Source of the DNA: Thermoplasmatota archaeon
GTDB lineage: Archaea; Thermoplasmatota; Thermoplasmata; Halarchaeoplasmatales; Halarchaeoplasmataceae
Reading direction: 5' to 3'
NCBI GenBank assembly: GCA_018334755.1
Contig: JAGXLI010000003.1
Location: 1 to 63,342, forward strand
Length of the DNA stretch: 63,342 nt
The notes beneath the pieces are model-generated. The model searched no databases. It had not been told where the DNA came from and worked only from the letters and a program-made list of their open reading frames with translations. Shown one piece after another: positions 37,025-46,121 of this stretch (the stretch's first letter is position 1; each line of letters starts with the position of its first letter). A program made the translations under genes and the position numbers.

Positions 37025-37783
37025 ATGAGCATAAGATACATACCCTTGATAGAGGCCAGTGCGGAAAGACAGATGGCCATAGATGAATCTATACTTCGAA
37101 GTTTCGACGAGGGGAATTGTGATCCAACATTTCGATTCTTTAGGTTCAAACCTTCGGCTATCACTTTAGGTTATACCCAATCTATCGAAGAAACTATCGA
37201 CGTGAAGAGATGTGAAGAAGAGAACATCCCGTTTGTGAGAAGGATGACCGGCGGAGGCACCGTTTTTCACGATTACGACGGTGAGATAACTTATTCGATG
37301 GTCACTAAAAAAGCTGAAAAGGATATCGAAGAGAGCTTCCGTAAAAATCTGCAGCCGGTGATCAATACGTTAAAAAGATTTGGTCTTGATGCCACCTTCA
37401 AACCTTACAACGATATACTAGTAGGGACCAAAAAGATCTCAGGCAGTGCTCAGCGCAGGGGGAAGGAAGGTTTTCTCCAGCATGGCACCTTGATGTATGC
37501 GACAGATCTAGAAAAGTTATCCGAGATATTGAAAGTAGATGAAGAAAAGTTGAAGGAAAAAGGTGCTGATTCATTTTTGGATCTGGTCACTACGGTGGAG
37601 AAAGAGACAGGGGAAAAGCCGGGTCTAGAAGAAATAATCGATTCGATGAAGGAAGAGTATGTAAAACATTTCCAGGAAGAGGTAGAAGAAGAAGGTTTGA
37701 GTGAAGAGGAAAAAGAGAGAACCTCGAAGTTAGAAAGTAAATACAGTTCCGATAGCTGGACTCATGAAAGGGAGTGGAAATGA
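37025..37783 (+). CDS. lplA: Lipoate-protein ligase A family protein (catalytic domain)
   Basis: 252 aa. FRFFRFKPSAITLGY, RRMTGGGTVFHD, KKISGSAQRR (conserved Lys). Confidence 0.85.
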   Translation: MSIRYIPLIEASAERQMAIDESILRSFDEGNCDPTFRFFRFKPSAITLGYTQSIEETIDVKRCEEENIPFVRRMTGGGTVFHDYDGEITYSMVTKKAEKDIEESFRKNLQPVINTLKRFGLDATFKPYNDILVGTKKISGSAQRRGKEGFLQHGTLMYATDLEKLSEILKVDEEKLKEKGADSFLDLVTTVEKETGEKPGLEEIIDSMKEEYVKHFQEEVEEEGLSEEEKERTSKLESKYSSDSWTHEREWK

Positions 37784-37786
37784 ATA

Positions 37787-38695
37787 ATGGATGAGATAAG
37801 GGTCTCGTACGGTACCGCACTGGTCTCAGATCTGAAGCAAGGGAGCTCCGAGGAGGTGCCGACCACCGCTTATATGATGGTCCCAGGTGATGGAAAAAGA
37901 TGCAGGGGTGGATGTAAATTCTGTCCCCAGGCTAGAGGTGACTCCAAATGGTTATCCAGGGTATCCTGGCCTCTGTTCGATATGGGTGAAGTGAAAGAAA
38001 ATATAGAGCGATCCGACCTGTCCAGGATATGTATTCAATCTCCGGATGTCCCCGGTTACGAAAAAAAATTGAGACAGGTCGTAACCGGATTTGAAGACAG
38101 CGGAAAACCGATCTCGATCTCGTCTCCCCCGCTGGAAGAGAAAACGCTTCAAGAACTCAAAGGCCCGGTAGATAGGATAGGAGTGGGTATAGATGCGGCT
38201 ACCGATCCTTTAAGGGGTCAAGTTAAACCCAACTATGATCCCCTGATATTCTGGAACTATCTGGGAAAGGCGGTCGATATCTACGGCGAAGGGAACGTGA
38301 CAGCTCACCTGATAGTTGGGCTCGGAGAAGATCTAGCTCAAGTGGGATCCGCGGTGAAGAGAAGTCTAGAAGCCGGGGCAGAAGTGTCCCTTTTCCCGTA
38401 CAGATCCAAAGAAGAAGAAGTCGACTTGAAGTACTACCGCAAAGCTCAACTCCTCACGGGTCTGTTGGAAAAAGACATGGACATCTCTAAGGCGATAAAC
38501 TTGACCTCTAACAATGCGGAGGAAGCGTTCAACATGATAGATGAAAAAGATATATTCCAGACCAGAGGTTGCCCGGGATGCAACCGTCCTTATTATACCT
38601 CGTCTCCGGGCAAAGAGCATAAGAACATCCCTAGAGTTCCTACTGAAGTAGAGTTGAACAGGATAAAGAAGGAATTAGACATAGAAGGTGGATAG
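37787..38695 (+). CDS. Radical SAM protein (possible LipS-type lipoyl synthase component)
   Basis: 302 aa. CRGGCKFCPQ (CxxxCxxC) plus a C-terminal CPGC pair. Its ATG follows the lplA stop after a 3-nt spacer. Confidence 0.75.
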   Translation: MDEIRVSYGTALVSDLKQGSSEEVPTTAYMMVPGDGKRCRGGCKFCPQARGDSKWLSRVSWPLFDMGEVKENIERSDLSRICIQSPDVPGYEKKLRQVVTGFEDSGKPISISSPPLEEKTLQELKGPVDRIGVGIDAATDPLRGQVKPNYDPLIFWNYLGKAVDIYGEGNVTAHLIVGLGEDLAQVGSAVKRSLEAGAEVSLFPYRSKEEEVDLKYYRKAQLLTGLLEKDMDISKAINLTSNNAEEAFNMIDEKDIFQTRGCPGCNRPYYTSSPGKEHKNIPRVPTEVELNRIKKELDIEGG

Positions 38696-39316
38696 ATGGA
38701 ACCCATAAAAAGAACTATAGAGGATTACGATCAGATAGCCGAAGAGTACTGTAAAAAGACGGAAGAAGAGGGCGATAGAGAGTTCCACGAGAGGATGTTG
38801 GATAGGACTTTGAATTTTCTTCCTTCCGAACCGAGAGTGATAGATCTCGGCTGTGGAGATGGAAGAGACACAGAGTACATGAGAAAGAAGGGAGTTGATG
38901 TGGTCGGTATCGACCTCTCCGGTAGTATGATAGATCTAGCAAGAAAGAAATATCCAGAGTCTGCCTTCATCCAGGCTGACATGAGAGATACTGTATTTCC
39001 GGACGACTCTTTCCACGGGGCCTGGGCGAGCGCTTCTCTGATAAATATTCCGAAGTCCGAATTTTCGCGTGTTGAGAAGGAAGTCTACAGGATAGTCGAA
39101 CCTGAAGGTATATTCGCTTTCAGTTTCAAGGAAGGAGATCGTGAAGGGTTCGAGGAGAGCGTCGTGGAAGGCCACGAGAGGTACTACTCTTATTACACCC
39201 TAGATGAGATAGAAGATGAATTGAATCTCTTCGATATGGTCAAAAGTGAAAGATGCCCGAAAAAGATTTTCGGATCTGATTTTATATACTGCTGGGCGAG
39301 AGGTAAGAAAAGATGA
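38696..39316 (+). CDS. Class I SAM-dependent methyltransferase
   Basis: 206 aa. VIDLGCGDGRD motif I, Methyltransf_11-like. Its ATG directly follows the radical SAM stop. Confidence 0.85.
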   Translation: MEPIKRTIEDYDQIAEEYCKKTEEEGDREFHERMLDRTLNFLPSEPRVIDLGCGDGRDTEYMRKKGVDVVGIDLSGSMIDLARKKYPESAFIQADMRDTVFPDDSFHGAWASASLINIPKSEFSRVEKEVYRIVEPEGIFAFSFKEGDREGFEESVVEGHERYYSYYTLDEIEDELNLFDMVKSERCPKKIFGSDFIYCWARGKKR

Positions 39317-40566
39317 AGATAGACATACCCTACGGCGACGGCGAAGTAACGATAGATATAGAAAAAGAACGTCTCAACAAGATACTGGCTCCCAACGAAG
39401 TTGAAGTAAAGGACGAAAAGGAGAACATAAAAAACGCTCTGTCCGACCCGATCGAGATGCAAAGATACTCAGACATTTCAGACTTCATCAAAGATGGAAC
39501 TTTGATCATCGTAAACGATGCGACCCGGGCCACCCCGACCTCTAAGGTATTAGAAGTGATGCGGGAAGAGATAGAGAAACACGACGTCAGATTCATAGTC
39601 GCGAGAGGATCCCACGATGATCCAAATGAGGAAGAATACAGGGAGATATTCGGAAATTTTTATGAAACACATCGTGAACAGATCTATTCTCACGATGCGG
39701 AGGAAGATCCTATGGTTAAAAACGGCGAGACTGAAAGAGAAACCCCTGTCAAGTTCAACAGTCTTCTCTCAGAAGCGAAAAATGTCTTGAACATCAATTC
39801 AGTCGAACCTCATTATTTCGCGGGTTACACCGGCGGTAGAAAATCCTTCCTGCCCGGCATCGCTTCCTATGAGACCATAGAGAACAATCATTCTCATGCA
39901 CTAGAGGAAGGAGCCGACGCTCTCAGTCTCGAAGGAAATCCGATCCACGAGGACATGATCGAGGCCGTAGAGATGATAGATAAGGAGATCTTTTCACTCA
40001 ACCTGACCCTCGATAAAGATAACAGGGTGTATCACGCTTCTGCAGGAGACTGGAAGAGATCTTTTTACAGAGAAGCCGAGAAAGCAAAGGAAGTCTTTGC
40101 GGTCGGTCTTGAAAAGAAGTCAGACGTTGTGGTGAGTGCCGCTCATCCCATGGACGTGAACCTTTACCAGAGCGCCAAGGCGATAGAGAACGGGAAGCTG
40201 GCGTTGAAAGAAAACGGCACATTGATACTGGCGGCGAAATGTCCCCAGGGGATCGGGCCTAAGAATTTTTACGAATTACTATCCTCTATAGATTCTCCAG
40301 AAAAAACGGTCGAGAAGGTCAAAGAGGGATACAGGTTGGGTTACCATAAAGCCGGACGTATCGCCGACCTGATCTCCTGCTGGGACGGGATAGAGAAAAC
40401 ACAGCTTTGGGCGGTTACCGATCTAGATGAAGAGACTTTGAATAGTGTGTTTATCACTCCCAAGCAGAAGTTACAAAGCGCCGTCGAGGATGCTCTGGAA
40501 AAGACGGGTGGAGATTTCACCGTTCTGTTGAATGGATGTATGGTCGTTCCTGAGCTAGAAGACTAG
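39313..40566 (+). CDS. LarA-like (DUF2088) nickel-pincer-cofactor-dependent 2-hydroxyacid racemase/epimerase family protein
   Basis: 417 aa. IIVNDATRATP, ARGSHDD, EPHYFAGYTGGRKSFLPGIAS, ENNHSH. LarA His/Lys positions look conserved. ATGA overlap with the methyltransferase stop. Confidence 0.8.
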   Translation: MKIDIPYGDGEVTIDIEKERLNKILAPNEVEVKDEKENIKNALSDPIEMQRYSDISDFIKDGTLIIVNDATRATPTSKVLEVMREEIEKHDVRFIVARGSHDDPNEEEYREIFGNFYETHREQIYSHDAEEDPMVKNGETERETPVKFNSLLSEAKNVLNINSVEPHYFAGYTGGRKSFLPGIASYETIENNHSHALEEGADALSLEGNPIHEDMIEAVEMIDKEIFSLNLTLDKDNRVYHASAGDWKRSFYREAEKAKEVFAVGLEKKSDVVVSAAHPMDVNLYQSAKAIENGKLALKENGTLILAAKCPQGIGPKNFYELLSSIDSPEKTVEKVKEGYRLGYHKAGRIADLISCWDGIEKTQLWAVTDLDEETLNSVFITPKQKLQSAVEDALEKTGGDFTVLLNGCMVVPELED

Positions 40567-40622
40567 ATCTCAGTTAAACAGTTATAGATATTCAATTCCA
40601 TCAGTTCTGTTTACAAGACTGT

Positions 40623-41279
40623 TTACAAGAATCCTGAAAGAGGACCTAGATAGTATCCAGCAGCCAAGGTCCCCCCGATCAAAGCCACGAGTAAGATATA
40701 ATTCTTCACGCTCCAGCTGAATATTTTCCTCCCATCCAAGGGCCCAAATGGAAGTAGATTGAAACCTCCTATGAAAAGATTCACGAAGGCGACGAAGGCC
40801 AGTACAAAAGGCACGAATACTATTCCATAAAGATTTGAGAAGTAAGAACCAGTCAAGAAAAGTGCTCCAACAAGCCAATTCGTCGCGGGACCCGCGGCGC
40901 TGATCTTCCCGTTCTGTTCTCTCGTGATATGTCCCTTGATCATCACCGCACCCGGGGCGGCGAAAACAAAGCCGAGGAAACTGAACATCAGTGCCAATAT
41001 CAAACCCCAGCGCCACATCCTGAATTCGGCCCAGCATCCGTACGCTCTGGCCAATCTACGATGTGCCAGTTCATGGAACAGAAAAGCGGTCCCGACCGAT
41101 ATGAATGAGATGAGTAAAAAGACCGGGAACGTAGTAGAGAGGATCCCATAGAACCCACCAGAAAAGCTTATAGCGAAGGCTAAAGTCAGAACTCCTAGAG
41201 CTATTATCAGGTGCTTTTTCTCGGTGCTGCTCAAGCCCTTTTTTTGTCCCGTTCCGATCTCCCTGTACCCATAACTCAT
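40623..41279 (-). CDS. M50 (site-2 protease) family membrane metalloprotease
   Basis: 218 aa. FHELAHRRLA (HExxH) and FNLLPFGPLDG motifs in a multi-helix membrane protein. Confidence 0.8.
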   Translation of the reverse strand: MSYGYREIGTGQKKGLSSTEKKHLIIALGVLTLAFAISFSGGFYGILSTTFPVFLLISFISVGTAFLFHELAHRRLARAYGCWAEFRMWRWGLILALMFSFLGFVFAAPGAVMIKGHITREQNGKISAAGPATNWLVGALFLTGSYFSNLYGIVFVPFVLAFVAFVNLFIGGFNLLPFGPLDGRKIFSWSVKNYILLVALIGGTLAAGYYLGPLSGFL

Positions 41280-41282
41280 AAT

Positions 41283-42641
41283 TCATTTACCCCACAGTTC
41301 ATCTTTGAAGAGATCAGCGATCTTTTCGGCTGCTTCTTTTTCATCATCGAACTCTTCTAAGGGGATCATCCCCCCGGCAGCATGTTCGTGACCGCCTCCT
41401 TCTCCTATATCTGAATAGGCTCTATCCATGATCCTGCCAACGTTTATCTGTAAATCCTTACTCCGGGCTGACATATGTATTTTTTTATCTTTTATCCCGT
41501 AAACTAAAACGGTCGAGATATCTCTCTCCCTTAACAGCAGATCCGCTATCCTCGAGATATCATCTGGATGAGAAATTTTACCCGAAAAGGACGTCAACAC
41601 GCTTCCTTCTATATCTCTATTCGAGATAGCTCTTCCCATAGCGTCTAACGTTTCTGAGTGGATGGGAGGGCTTTTGAGTATGTCCAAGATGTCTTTATCC
41701 GCTATCGCGGAAAGATAGGAGATGACTTTGTAATCTGCGGTCGATATGTTCTTAGTATAATCATCGGTATCCACCTTTATACCAAAGAGGAGTGCCGCCG
41801 CAAGTAAAGGATCGACCTTGAGATCTAGATTCTGGATGTGCTTGGTCATGATCGTCGATGTCGCTCCCATATCCGATCTTATCTCGTTGTACTCACCGGT
41901 ACTTATGTCCCGGCTGGTATAATGATGATCTATGATGAGATCGGGTTCTACATCTTTCGGCAGGATATTATTTGAGGATGCTTCGGCAAAATCTACAAAA
42001 GCTATCTTTTCGCTCTTTTTTATCACTTCAGGAACGTCCCGTTCCTCGAGTTTCTGAAGTACGAAATCGGTGTTCTCTAAAAATATCTCATTTTCTGGAT
42101 GTCCGATAGAGCCGCCGTAGTAAGTTTTGGCTTCGACACCTTCAGATCCACATATATCTTCGAGGACCATGGCAGAGGCTATGGCGTCCGGGTCGGGATT
42201 ATCATGGATAAAGATAGCTATCTCTTCTTCTGATGAAGCTATTATTTTCTTCAATTCCTCGCTCTTTTCCTTCAGAAAAAGTTCATCGATCTTTTTAAAG
42301 AGTGAGCTGACTAACCGTTCTTCTTTCTCAACTATATCAAGACCATCAAGTCCTGTATTTTGGACGTCGAACTCTTCACTCTCAGATATGACTCCTATCT
42401 GGGGAATATCCGGAAACTTCTTTTCCATCTCTCCGGACAACGAAATCAGTTCTTCTCGACCTAGCTCTAGAAAAGTAAGAACTTCGACTTTACGTTCGTT
42501 TTTTCTTAAGAAATCGATAAGTTTTTCTTTACTAGAAGAATCTAGATCGTTTGGATCAAAGTATCTTATCTCCCTCTCTCTATTATCGGCGGCTTCTTTG
42601 ATCTTATTCAAACTGTCTAACTCGCCGTAAAAAACATACAT
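41283..42641 (-). CDS. DHH/DHHA1 family phosphoesterase with an N-terminal extension
   Basis: 452 aa. IFIHDNPDPDAIASA, LIIDHHY, GGGHEHAAGG. Confidence 0.85.
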   Translation of the reverse strand: MYVFYGELDSLNKIKEAADNREREIRYFDPNDLDSSSKEKLIDFLRKNERKVEVLTFLELGREELISLSGEMEKKFPDIPQIGVISESEEFDVQNTGLDGLDIVEKEERLVSSLFKKIDELFLKEKSEELKKIIASSEEEIAIFIHDNPDPDAIASAMVLEDICGSEGVEAKTYYGGSIGHPENEIFLENTDFVLQKLEERDVPEVIKKSEKIAFVDFAEASSNNILPKDVEPDLIIDHHYTSRDISTGEYNEIRSDMGATSTIMTKHIQNLDLKVDPLLAAALLFGIKVDTDDYTKNISTADYKVISYLSAIADKDILDILKSPPIHSETLDAMGRAISNRDIEGSVLTSFSGKISHPDDISRIADLLLRERDISTVLVYGIKDKKIHMSARSKDLQINVGRIMDRAYSDIGEGGGHEHAAGGMIPLEEFDDEKEAAEKIADLFKDELWGK

Positions 42642-42662
42642 CTTTTTCCTCTGATCGGTCCA

Positions 42663-43442
42663 TCAGTAAACACGATCGAATTCCCCTTTAACTTTCTCCA
42701 GGAACTTCTCTTCGACAGCGTTAGCAGGTAAAGAAGTCACAAGACAGGCCTCGTTATTCGTGACCTTATCTTTTACCCAGTGAAGGAGCTGCAAGACCTT
42801 ACCCTCGGGATTGTAATCCATCAAAAAGGAGAGGCCGGATAGAAAAACCACTGGTTTTTCTTTGGACTTCAGAAATCTGCCTATGATGTCCGATAGACCC
42901 GGAAGGTCCTCCGGTGAATTCCTCTTGACCTCTACTCCATCGAAGGTTTCAGATTTACCTTCCTGCCTCGATAACATGATGAACTTACAGTCTTCGAAGG
43001 AGGCGTCGAATCTTCCAAGATCCTTTTTAGGTGAGCGGCGAAGTACAAAGAGAGCCAGAACTCCTTTATCGACGATATCCACTGTGTTTTCGAGAGAATC
43101 ATGTGGTTTTTCTTCTATGAACAGGTAAGCGTCTCCCGGCTTCCAGGGAAAATCTTTAAGGGCGCTTTTTTCTTCTCTCTCGCCTTCTTCTTCGCCCTCT
43201 TCTCTTTCTTTTTCCCCTTCAACCTCCTCAATAGTTAGGGGCGACGGATCTTCTTTCAGATCTTCTCTCTTGGACTCCACGTCCTGATACAGGGTGCCGA
43301 TCCTGCTTTCAACTCTGCTCTTGAGCTCCCAGCCCTCGTACTTGGATACCGTACTCTCTATATCTGACCAAGCGTCTTTCAGACCCTGTTTGTATCCTTT
43401 TATATAAAGTTCGATTTTCTCTTCTTCGTCCATCCCCATCAC
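42663..43442 (-). CDS. Hypothetical acidic protein, C-terminal DUF835-like domain
   Basis: 259 aa. Poly-E linker. The C-terminal part (AYLFIEEKP ... VVFLSGLSFLMDYN ... LLHWVKDKV) resembles archaeal DUF835 by eye only. Confidence 0.45.
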   Translation of the reverse strand: MMGMDEEEKIELYIKGYKQGLKDAWSDIESTVSKYEGWELKSRVESRIGTLYQDVESKREDLKEDPSPLTIEEVEGEKEREEGEEEGEREEKSALKDFPWKPGDAYLFIEEKPHDSLENTVDIVDKGVLALFVLRRSPKKDLGRFDASFEDCKFIMLSRQEGKSETFDGVEVKRNSPEDLPGLSDIIGRFLKSKEKPVVFLSGLSFLMDYNPEGKVLQLLHWVKDKVTNNEACLVTSLPANAVEEKFLEKVKGEFDRVY

Positions 43443-43460
43443 TTAACTCTACGTGACATC

Positions 43461-44237
43461 TCAACCTATATAATTAAGGTCTTCGCTGCCACTTTCTTGC
43501 TGCTGCATGCCTCCCATGTCCATGTCTTTCACTTTGTTCGTCAGTTCTTCAACCTCTTCGGCCTTTTCATCCAATCTTTCGTAGCCTATTTCTGATTTTA
43601 GGTACTCCATGAGAGTTTTTAGTACCACTCTAGCCGCGGCCGGATCCACGAAATAACCGGACGTTTCCCCCATCAGGCAGACACCGCTGATATCGTAAAG
43701 TTTGTCCCCAAGTCCAAGCAGAAGACCGCTGGCGCCCACGATCCCGGACGAAGGATGTTCTTCAGAGAATTTGACGTCCAACTCTTCCATCTCTTCTACC
43801 TTCTTTTGGGTCGTCGCCGCGCCGAGCACTTCAGGTATATCGACCATCTCGCCTTTGCTGTATCCGCCGAGAGAGAACAACCTATCTATACCCATCTTTT
43901 TAGCCACGGAAAGGATCTCGTCCGTCAATTTGTATTGGCCCTGGGGCGTCATACCCTGATAATCCCCAGTAAGCAGGAGGAGATCAGTATCATCTTCTCC
44001 CACATCCTTTTTGTAGTATAATCTGTTATTCACCAACTTTGAAAGTCCATCCTCATCGACCAAGACTTGAGGAGGGAAGTAGATAGAATGGATATCGGCA
44101 CATTTCTCAGCCTCTATCTCCTCTATAAGGTGTTCTACGGCCAGTTTTCCTACATTACCCACACCCGGTAGGCCTTCGATCATGATCGCTTCTTCTAACT
44201 CCGGTTTTTCTATGAAATCTATGTTTATATCGTCCAT
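43461..44237 (-). CDS. PAC2 family proteasome-assembly chaperone
   Basis: 258 aa. IEGLPGVGNVGKLAVEHLIEE, GDYQG. Position next to nop10 as in many archaea. Confidence 0.8.
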   Translation of the reverse strand: MDDINIDFIEKPELEEAIMIEGLPGVGNVGKLAVEHLIEEIEAEKCADIHSIYFPPQVLVDEDGLSKLVNNRLYYKKDVGEDDTDLLLLTGDYQGMTPQGQYKLTDEILSVAKKMGIDRLFSLGGYSKGEMVDIPEVLGAATTQKKVEEMEELDVKFSEEHPSSGIVGASGLLLGLGDKLYDISGVCLMGETSGYFVDPAAARVVLKTLMEYLKSEIGYERLDEKAEEVEELTNKVKDMDMGGMQQQESGSEDLNYIG

Positions 44238-44246
44238 ATTATCATC

Positions 44247-44405
44247 TCAGTTTTGAAGTCTTTTTTGTTTTCTTCTGTACTCCCCATATCTGTCCTCCGG
44301 TGAGTACTTTGGAGGTTTAGGATTTACGGTTTTTTCTCCACACCGATCACACATTTCCCCAAGAGAGTATTCATCACATGAAGGACATATTCTGATCTTT
44401 TCCAT
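44247..44405 (-). CDS. nop10: H/ACA RNP protein Nop10
   Basis: 52-aa ORF below the ORF-track cutoff: MEKIRICPSCDEYSLGEMCDRCGEKTVNPKPPKYSPEDRYGEYRRKQKRLQN. It has a CxxC...CxxC zinc ribbon and the P-x-K-Y-S-P-E-D-R-Y motif. Confidence 0.85.
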   Translation of the reverse strand: MEKIRICPSCDEYSLGEMCDRCGEKTVNPKPPKYSPEDRYGEYRRKQKRLQN

Positions 44406-44469
44406 CGGGAATCACCAATCTCATTACTGCGGCGGGTTTATATAATTAGTGATTAGGTCCAAGGTAGTA

Positions 44470-45147
44470 TCAGATCTCTTCTTTCTTAGTCATCACTCCC
44501 AGGGTTCCTAGACGATATCTGTTTAAGCCCTTTGCCTCGGTGAAGTCAATGAAAGCATCGCTGAAATCTATGTTGTCTGCAAGAAGGTAGTGATCCTCTT
44601 TAAGGTTCCGCCAGGCGAGCGCAAATTCGAACATCATCGTTTCATAGGAATGACCGCTGTCGTGAAGAAAGAGATCTACCTTGCTAGTTAAACTCTGAAA
44701 TAATCTTGGAAGTTCCTGGTAAGTGTCTCCCTCTTTCAAGGTCCATCTATCTCTCAGATAATCAGGTACGACCCAACCGGAGCTTTTATCCGGAGGGATC
44801 ACGGCCCCTGTCCTATCTTCTTTTTTAATTTCGTCTATGAATACGGGTAGATCTACCGAAAAAAGTTTTCCTTCACCGCTGTCTTCCATGGCCTTCAATA
44901 TGATGGAACTCGAAAAGCCGTTACATACACCGGTCTCGACCATCAGCTCGGGTTTGGTCTCTCTGATGAGAGCGTAAAGTTTCTCCGCATTCTCTCTTCC
45001 GAGTATAGCTGGATGATACTCTTCGAAGTCTAAAAATTCGGTCTCTATCTTTCCCGCCGTAGTTTCGATGAACTCTTCGATATCGTATTTTTTCTCCAGC
45101 TCGAACTCCTCAAATTCAGACCAGTAATCATCCATAAGGATCACCAC
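44470..45147 (-). CDS. Class I SAM-dependent methyltransferase (Methyltransf_24 / O-methyltransferase-like)
   Basis: 225 aa. MVETGVCNGFSS (motif I-like), FLHDSGHSYE. Confidence 0.65.
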   Translation of the reverse strand: MVILMDDYWSEFEEFELEKKYDIEEFIETTAGKIETEFLDFEEYHPAILGRENAEKLYALIRETKPELMVETGVCNGFSSSIILKAMEDSGEGKLFSVDLPVFIDEIKKEDRTGAVIPPDKSSGWVVPDYLRDRWTLKEGDTYQELPRLFQSLTSKVDLFLHDSGHSYETMMFEFALAWRNLKEDHYLLADNIDFSDAFIDFTEAKGLNRYRLGTLGVMTKKEEI

Positions 45148-45180
45148 TCACCGATATAAAAGATAAAAAGTGAAATGTTT

Positions 45181-46086
45181 TCACTGACCTTCTAACAATT
45201 CTTTGTACTCCGGTATGACGTCATCATCGAAGGATTTCATACCTTCTCTGGTCTTGTGGTGGGCCATCATATCTTCTATGACATCGAAGGGTATGGTGGC
45301 GATCTCTGCTCCGATCTCTGCACACTGTCTTACCTGTCTAGCCGTTCTTATACTCGCCGCTATGATCTCAGTATCGTAAGGATAATTGTCCAGTATGTTC
45401 TTTATTGACCAGAGAAGATCTATTCCTGAGAGAACTCCTTCATCGTTACCCCATCCGAAGGTCTCCATGGTATCCTGATCTTTGTAAACTATCTCTTCAG
45501 GATCTTTTTCTGAGATGTTCCTCTGCAGCTCAAGATCTCTTATCCTATCGACTAGATTTTCGGGATAGTACGTTCCCTTGGGATAATCTTCTCCTCTCTC
45601 TAGGCCGATCTGTTTTCGAACGTAGTCATCTATCCTTCCCAGGAAGGGACTGACGTATTCGGCACCGGCTTTGGCTGCCATGAGGGCCTGATTCGGCTTC
45701 ATCACCAGGGTGCAGTTCACCGGGATCCCTTTTTCGCTGAGAGTTTTTATCGCCTTGACGCCTTCAAAATCGTCCTCAGTTTCTTCCATAGCCGTGTTGA
45801 TCGGGATCTTTACGACAACGTTTTGATTGACTGGATCGAACCTATCGTATAAGGTCTCCGCTTCCTCGACCATCTCTTCGTGCTTCACTTCGGTGACTTC
45901 CAAACTCACGGGTCCGTCCACCGTATTTAAGATCTCCTTGATATGGGCTTCTAAACTGATATCGTCGTCTGCAGAGTCCACCGCCCTTTTGATCAAAGAT
46001 GGGTTAGTGGTGACTCCGTCTAAAATACCCCAGGATTCAGCTTCTTTTATCTCCTCTAGATTCGCAGTGTCTACAAATATATCCAT
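45181..46086 (-). CDS. tal: Transaldolase / fructose-6-phosphate aldolase family (short type with a large insertion)
   Basis: MDIFVDTANLEEIKEAESWGILDGVTTNPSLI, VVKIP (Schiff-base Lys), YVSPFLGRIDD, IIAASIR. 301 aa against about 215-220 aa typical. Confidence 0.88.
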   Translation of the reverse strand: MDIFVDTANLEEIKEAESWGILDGVTTNPSLIKRAVDSADDDISLEAHIKEILNTVDGPVSLEVTEVKHEEMVEEAETLYDRFDPVNQNVVVKIPINTAMEETEDDFEGVKAIKTLSEKGIPVNCTLVMKPNQALMAAKAGAEYVSPFLGRIDDYVRKQIGLERGEDYPKGTYYPENLVDRIRDLELQRNISEKDPEEIVYKDQDTMETFGWGNDEGVLSGIDLLWSIKNILDNYPYDTEIIAASIRTARQVRQCAEIGAEIATIPFDVIEDMMAHHKTREGMKSFDDDVIPEYKELLEGQ

Positions 46087-46121
46087 TAGATCACCTCTAT
46101 CTTATCATATCTCCATTTATC

